Positions 61,801-64,000 of a DNA stretch of 64,000 bases are shown in pieces. Within the stretch, counting starts at the first letter, position 1. Every line of letters starts with the position of its first letter. The DNA is from Giardia intestinalis. Taxonomy: Eukaryota. Where the stretch lies: the NCBI GenBank assembly GCA_000002435.2, contig CM018793.1; one strand, 5' to 3'. Below the pieces are notes generated by a model. That model was not told where the DNA came from and searched no databases. It worked only from the letters and a program-made list of their open reading frames with translations. Both the position numbers and the translations under genes were made by a program.

Positions 61801-64000
61801 CTTGTAAGCCAGCGCATGTCGAAAATAGTGCCAAAGACAGACGATGCGCAAAGTATACCCATGTCCCCGTCCGATAGCTTCTTAGAGTTTCTCAAACCAA
61901 GAAAGCGTCTTAAGATAACCTGATCTATGTCAGGAATCGCGTCTAGAGCAGTCTTGCTATAGCGCGCTTGCGAGCCTGTGATGCCAGAAATACCATACAG
62001 CGTCAGAATCAGCAATTTGATGTTGAGCATTATTGACCCTGATTTCCTCAAGATCTGCTCCACCAAGTCCACCGTATTAACAGATGGGAGTCCTCCCTTT
62101 CCTTCTGGGCCATCTGGCGATAACATGAGGGACTTCAATATAAAGGTTTGTGCCATGTCATCTGGAACTTGATCCAGTAAGATGTAAGACGGGTTAAGCA
62201 AGCGTTTGACTGCTAAGTTGAAGCTGTATGGCCGGGCAAATAGGTCTTTAATCTTTAGCTCTTGGTTGGAATTGCGTGCAGAAGCAGAATATCCTTGAAC
62301 ATAGCTTTGCTTTATACCAGAAGAGAGAACCGATGCCCCTGAGGCGCTGTTGACGCTAGTTGATGAGCGTGCGTCATCAACTGTCGACTGAGCCTGCGTC
62401 TTGGTACTAGCTTGATGAGTGGGAGACTCTTTGGATAGCACCTTGAAGGACGATAAGATCTTTTTTGCTCTGCTGTACTGCTTGCCAGAAACAGGAGAGA
62501 CAGCATCATCCTTTGTATTCGGCGCAGAGTCAGGTGTTCCAGTCCATGAAAAGCTCTCGGGATATATGCAAGGGGAAAGAGACTCACTTAAAATGACATA
62601 AAATCTATCAACATTGAGATTGCCTACGAAAGAATAAAATCTTTTGATGAAGTCCTTACTGCACTCAGAGACTAGGTCGTCGAGAACAAGGACAAAGACA
62701 GATGCACGGGTAAGCACAGAGCGAACCAAAATCCCAAAGACGGACTCATAGTAATCTATGGAGACAGCAGTTTTAATATCATCTAGCTTCCCGCGTATGT
62801 TCATTGCTGCAGCCAGAGATGGTAGAACAAAGGGTAACTTAGCTAGTATACTGGGATTCATCTTTTCTCCGATGCTACTGAGCAAGGGCTTGTCATCTAA
62901 CCTAGCGATATACCTAGCAAGATAGAGATCTATCAAATGAAACTCACCGTCGAACTCAATGTACGAGTGTGTGAGCTTGCACTTTATATCATCTTCTGTG
63001 AGATACAACATGGGCGACAATTCTGGGCCTGAAATACAAGACAGCACATCACCATTATCCTCTGTTTGTATGTGACTTTCAAATCGCTTCAGTTGCTCGG
63101 GTGTTTCAATTTCTTGCATACTTTTAGGCAACTCCCTAATCAGGTGTGAAGTTGTGTGACACATTCTGTAGTAGGTAGCATCGCATGTGTAAAGGTTGCG
63201 CTCATCATCAAACGCAAAAGAGCTAGAGATTTGCTTGAAAGGCACATAAAGGCAGAAGCCGAGCAGGCTATCTCTGACTATACGCATTAGGTCCCCAAGC
63301 AACACAGACCTGCCAGATCCCCGTAGGCCAGCCAAGCAGCAAATCTTTTTCAGAGGTCGAGCTGCACACTGGGTCTTAGTTGAAGAATAGGCAAATAAGT
63401 TTTGCTGAAGGGCCGGAGTCTCCTTTTTTATATTTTCGAACGCTAACATTGCTTTTCTAGTGGCTAAAATGTCATATATCTCTGGAAGCTCTACCGAATA
63501 ATGGGACGCCGTATAGCACTCGACTACATAGTTAGTATCTGTCTTGAAAAGAGCTCGACGAAATTCAACCGGAAAAGTCTCTGAAATGTTCTTCAGTATT
63601 GCTTGAATGTGTATGTCATTGAATGAGAGCCGTATGGAGAGCATTCTCTTCACCATCACCTCAGAGGATAGAGGGTTTATGGGCATGTTCTTAGGTAAGG
63701 ATGCCTCGAGAAGCATTGCTGGGTTTGCGTTGACCGCCTTCCAATAATTCAAAATGTCAGTGTGAGCCTCTGCTGCAGAAAGATAGATCCGAGACTCTGA
63801 AAGGCACAGCAGGCGTAAGATAAACTCGTTGCAGAATGGACCCAAGCTGTACTGCTGGAGCTTCTTGAGCGCGTCCTCCCTTGCTCGTCTCCACCCCGGT
63901 TCTGCGTCATGATATTTCAGTGAGAACGGGGAGGGTGGACACTCTTGCGTGAGAAGCTTGTAGAGGAAAAACCCCATTTGGTAAAGGTCTGTAAGTGGGC
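58878..64000 (-). CDS. large (>1700 aa) protein with N-terminal protein-kinase domain (only kinase subdomains IX-XI fall inside the window; 5' end beyond 64000)
   Basis: The minus-strand frame stays open to the window edge. PLTDLYQMGFFLYKLLTQECPPSPF matches the kinase subdomain IX pattern D[IV]WSxGxxLYELLTG..PF. A ~1650 aa non-repetitive C-terminal extension follows, with no recognised motifs. Confidence 0.6.
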   Translation of the reverse strand, partial: PLTDLYQMGFFLYKLLTQECPPSPFSLKYHDAEPGWRRAREDALKKLQQYSLGPFCNEFILRLLCLSESRIYLSAAEAHTDILNYWKAVNANPAMLLEASLPKNMPINPLSSEVMVKRMLSIRLSFNDIHIQAILKNISETFPVEFRRALFKTDTNYVVECYTASHYSVELPEIYDILATRKAMLAFENIKKETPALQQNLFAYSSTKTQCAARPLKKICCLAGLRGSGRSVLLGDLMRIVRDSLLGFCLYVPFKQISSSFAFDDERNLYTCDATYYRMCHTTSHLIRELPKSMQEIETPEQLKRFESHIQTEDNGDVLSCISGPELSPMLYLTEDDIKCKLTHSYIEFDGEFHLIDLYLARYIARLDDKPLLSSIGEKMNPSILAKLPFVLPSLAAAMNIRGKLDDIKTAVSIDYYESVFGILVRSVLTRASVFVLVLDDLVSECSKDFIKRFYSFVGNLNVDRFYVILSESLSPCIYPESFSWTGTPDSAPNTKDDAVSPVSGKQYSRAKKILSSFKVLSKESPTHQASTKTQAQSTVDDARSSTSVNSASGASVLSSGIKQSYVQGYSASARNSNQELKIKDLFARPYSFNLAVKRLLNPSYILLDQVPDDMAQTFILKSLMLSPDGPEGKGGLPSVNTVDLVEQILRKSGSIMLNIKLLILTLYGISGITGSQARYSKTALDAIPDIDQVILRRFLGLRNSKKLSDGDMGILCASSVFGTIFDMRWLTSALNYSNDDVILTSLTELSNMHLISCAPQFVQLRHPLYAQGGADHGVDLAHNPYNPNKSTNRIGYIFLFNNISLCKVLEESFTSGMSQKLFLIALYLRKRWIARDSVLERKSDLKPSLYIRNYDPRELETGELIRKLHLDFVSLLRASGKAADVSLNDLQINKASLSLRIALRTHKTFFFDHNMGVNNWQQQEAFLKQMEADLRTPSTRACLLEQYDGLFVDITKLLKCLNPCASKLLDIYDQYELLRLNTYACDILSKSFADISKYLSMAKSAEHEIWTAMAMLCLNPMERQNWSLSNYKVVAQKRPLLTFKTANSLDLDSLLKCTIGVLSNPNSAHSSPITSGNADALPGKPNALQSLVSKSDPNGTDPTDMIDTMYNETIQVGTDSELTALYNAFPLLFNFTCANSICYSVQSIRFTTRYNLVQSTYVTDKLSNEVYKHYWLGLIWEWTLGMIQSNKPARAVSIAVSMLQKLLGDEAHINAFLPMITMNKSIHRDTIVATLSLLFTTNLVEGNGLKPHPQAAIMVAFDSLKSPSTPYALMQYMKRASLLERSIQKLLFLIFYALFLRDLTELYLSLAAAMVERCLLYGTTIEGIAMIGILAAIAPSYIHELPKAAMFHIVKAVAEMLQLEETKSQKTMGSAERSLQSYNFIPPLLSYIFELTSIHILPHIDQTVRAHLISYKQTIYLLSSDVVENVISQPLALCLYATSAFLSFRNASELETLAFECQVAYNNMVAIKECVFNVCIFVIACCCKYFRIRNEAELLEKDNITFISTQKSEGAPTDDSESTPFTSKGAKAIYKESLPDFDSISILSIQYMRSDATLLPSKLVCSVLLEAYARAGLLVKALYVARRVLQIFPPTSHGFINILTFTRVALVHIAVVDTAVISQRSADYLAQSLLDIIYRSTGFKGAYKRMADVIMAGLSYIRGCHINNVLSILSQHRDLKSNSKPLREQLEEYGARFFLDVLLTT

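Noticed and set aside
1-64000. CRISPR arrays, prokaryotic operon structure, spliceosomal introns
   Set aside because: No short direct repeat-spacer arrays. Genes have eukaryotic domain content. All recognised proteins read through as single exons, so no intron needed to be invoked.

Overview
This 64 kb window is a compact, essentially intron-free stretch of eukaryotic (protist-like) DNA. Genes lie on both strands with very short spacers, typically 10-200 nt. Short AT-rich elements sit immediately upstream of the ATGs, and AGTRAAY-like motifs occur at or just after several stop codons. Together with ankyrin-repeat NEK-like kinases and a CxxC-rich type-I membrane protein, this resembles diplomonads such as Giardia. 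That is an inference, not a database result.

Gene content: I call about 20 protein-coding genes. The recognisable ones are a Vps4-type AAA ATPase (5' partial), Bud32/PRPK (KEOPS kinase), a TatD nuclease with an N-terminal C2H2 finger, an Rpr2/RPP21-type RNase P subunit, a Pol-alpha B-subunit-like protein, a TPR protein, a protein with a C-terminal paired-like double HTH, a pseudokinase, and a kinase plus 18 ankyrin repeats. There are three giant ORFs of 2059 aa, about 3900 aa (multi-pass membrane) and more than 1700 aa (N-terminal kinase, partial at the window end). The other calls are hypothetical.

The dominant structural feature is a roughly 22 kb near-perfect palindrome. Two inverted arms of about 9.34 kb (about 26256-35595 and 39032-48372) flank a 3.4 kb unique spacer that carries exactly one gene, the kinase-ankyrin protein. 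The only difference I found between the arms is one single-base indel. Both arms are GC-rich and have no ORF longer than 180 codons, which is anomalous in an otherwise gene-dense region.

A second GC-rich block at about 8.9-11.4 kb spans the 3' end of the 2059-aa ORF and the TatD gene.

The supplied ORF track uses GTG/TTG starts, so several CDS starts below were moved to the first in-frame ATG.
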